NCBI RefSeq assembly: GCF_002075285.3
Contig: NZ_CP021983.2
Span: 4,950,001-4,982,000 of the forward strand
Direction: 5' to 3'
Length of the DNA stretch: 32,000 nucleotides
Source: Halomicronema hongdechloris C2206
Lineage (GTDB): Bacteria > Cyanobacteriota > Cyanobacteriia > Phormidesmidales > Phormidesmidaceae
The position numbers and the translations under genes are program-made. This document shows, piece by piece, positions 30,633 to 32,000 of the stretch (positions within the stretch are counted from its first letter, which is position 1; the number at the start of each line of letters is the position of its first letter). The notes beneath the pieces are model-generated. The model was not told the DNA's origin and ran no database searches. It saw only the letters and a list, made by a program, of their open reading frames with translations.

Positions 30633-31970
30633 ATGGTATCGCGTCGTGTTTGGGACAACCCCGTCTTCAACGTAGGACTAGTGTCATTACTGTTTGGCAA
30701 TGTCTCTGCCCAGCCGTTGCGGCCTACTCGGCTGACCAGCGTTGAGCTAGTGCCACCCTGGCAGCAGTCTGCTTGGGTTGCCCGGTTAACGGCACCGGAT
30801 CCGGCTGTGGAAGCTCTGGTGCAGTCCCATGTGGACCAATGGATAGCCCAGGGGTTGTCGGCGTCAGCCCAGGGCATTTGGATTCAAACCGGTGATACGG
30901 TGATTGCCCAGCATCAGGGGCATGTTCCCCTGGCGGCGGCGTCCCTGACCAAGTTGGCAACGACCCTAGCGGCCCTAACGACCTGGGACCCCACTCATGG
31001 CTTTACAACCCGCATCGGCTGGACGGGGCCGGTGGAAAATGGGGTGTTACGAGGAGATTTAATCATTCAGGCCGGGGGAGATCCCCTGTTTGTCTGGGAA
31101 GAGGCCTTTGCCCTGGGCAACACCATGGCTGAGATGGGGATTCGACGGATTGCTGGTGACCTGCGGATTCAAGGAAATTTTTCCATGAATTTTACGGCCG
31201 ATGCCAGTCGGTCGGGACAATTGCTGCGGCAGGCCTGGATGCCATCCCAGTGGCCAGCGGAGGCTCGCCAGCAGTTTGCCACCTTGCCAGCTGGGACCGC
31301 CAAGCCTGCCATTCCCATCCAGGGTGATGTCCGAGTCGAGTCCATGGGCCAGGGTGATGCTGCTGACCTCTGGAGACTCTCCCATCGCTCGCTCCCCCTG
31401 GTGGCTCTGTTGAAGGCCATGAATATCTACAGCAATAATGTCATGGCTGACCAGATGGCGACAGCGGTTGGTGGGCCCCAGGCGCTGCAGCAAGCAGTGG
31501 TGGCCCACGCCGGGGTTCCAGCGGCGGAGGTGCGCTTGGTCAATGGCTCTGGCTTGGGGGAGGCTAATCAGCTGTCGGCCCGAGCTGTGGTGGCAATTTT
31601 GCAGGCGATTCAGGACCAGCTCCAGGCCGATGGCTTTGCCCTGCCAGATGTGTTGCCGATGGCAGGGCAAGATCAGGGTACGTTGTCCGGGCGGCAATTG
31701 CCCGGGGATGCTGCTGTGAAAACGGGGAGTTTGGCTCAGGTGAGTTCCCTGGCTGGGATATTTTCCAGTCAGCGGCGCGGGTGGGTATGGTTTGCCATTC
31801 TCAATCGAGGTAGTGATTTGGAAACCCTGCGGCAGCAACAGGATCAGCTGGTGTTGGATGTGCAGGCCCAGTGGGGGCAAGTTCCAGCAGGCGTTGCTGG
31901 CCAAGAGCGGGTGAGATTAAATCAAGATCCCTATAGACTGGGAGACCCCCGGCGGATTCAGCCGCTGTGA
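30633..31970 (+). CDS. D-alanyl-D-alanine carboxypeptidase/endopeptidase (PBP4, peptidase S13)
   Basis: SxxK (ASLTK), SxN (YSNN) and KTG (KTGSL) appear in the correct order. The ORF is open from ATG 30549, but a signal-peptide-like segment follows ATG 30633 (MVSRRVWDNPVFNVGLVSLLFGNVSA). Confidence 0.85.
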   Translation: MVSRRVWDNPVFNVGLVSLLFGNVSAQPLRPTRLTSVELVPPWQQSAWVARLTAPDPAVEALVQSHVDQWIAQGLSASAQGIWIQTGDTVIAQHQGHVPLAAASLTKLATTLAALTTWDPTHGFTTRIGWTGPVENGVLRGDLIIQAGGDPLFVWEEAFALGNTMAEMGIRRIAGDLRIQGNFSMNFTADASRSGQLLRQAWMPSQWPAEARQQFATLPAGTAKPAIPIQGDVRVESMGQGDAADLWRLSHRSLPLVALLKAMNIYSNNVMADQMATAVGGPQALQQAVVAHAGVPAAEVRLVNGSGLGEANQLSARAVVAILQAIQDQLQADGFALPDVLPMAGQDQGTLSGRQLPGDAAVKTGSLAQVSSLAGIFSSQRRGWVWFAILNRGSDLETLRQQQDQLVLDVQAQWGQVPAGVAGQERVRLNQDPYRLGDPRRIQPL

Positions 31971-32000
31971 TGGCTGGAGACTGAGTTTAATGAGGGCTAG

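Overview
This looks like cyanobacterial chromosomal DNA. I count at least 15 exact HIP1 octamers (GCGATCGC) by eye, and the gene content fits: Uma2/DUF820 nucleases, a CCB2/CCB4-like protein and a ycf38-like ABC-2 permease. The left half (1-17.4 kb) is a dense signalling neighbourhood. It holds the 3' part of a histidine kinase cut by the window edge, then a decayed IS630 element inserted into a minisatellite. Next is a tightly coupled three-gene operon. Its first gene encodes a ~1600-aa sensor kinase with a plant-type ethylene-binding domain at the N-terminus, followed by a cyanobacteriochrome-like GAF and eight PAS domains. The other two genes encode a CheY-like regulator and a REC-PAS-GGDEF-EAL protein. 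After the operon comes a kinase with no usable 5' end, whose last ~720 bp are a near-identical copy of window positions 1-724. Convergent with it is a 777-aa RyR / TPR / SLOG-like / class III cyclase fusion. The right half is mostly housekeeping: aspartate aminotransferase, lipA, bioF, a PBP4-type carboxypeptidase, a glycosyltransferase and a LysR regulator. It is interrupted by a small accessory islet (two Uma2 nucleases, a MazEF-type toxin-antitoxin pair, a frameshifted WD40 remnant). It is also interrupted by intergenic repeat clusters assembled from shared modules: GTCATTCCCGC..GCGGGAATCC hairpins, a 21-nt minisatellite, a 24-nt x4 tandem and purine/pyrimidine-rich tracts. I found no rRNA, tRNA or CRISPR array. 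The two strongest candidates for new biology are the ethylene-binding-domain / bilin-type-GAF kinase wired to c-di-GMP turnover, and the RyR-TPR-SLOG-cyclase protein. All functional calls rest on motif recognition by eye; no database search was possible.
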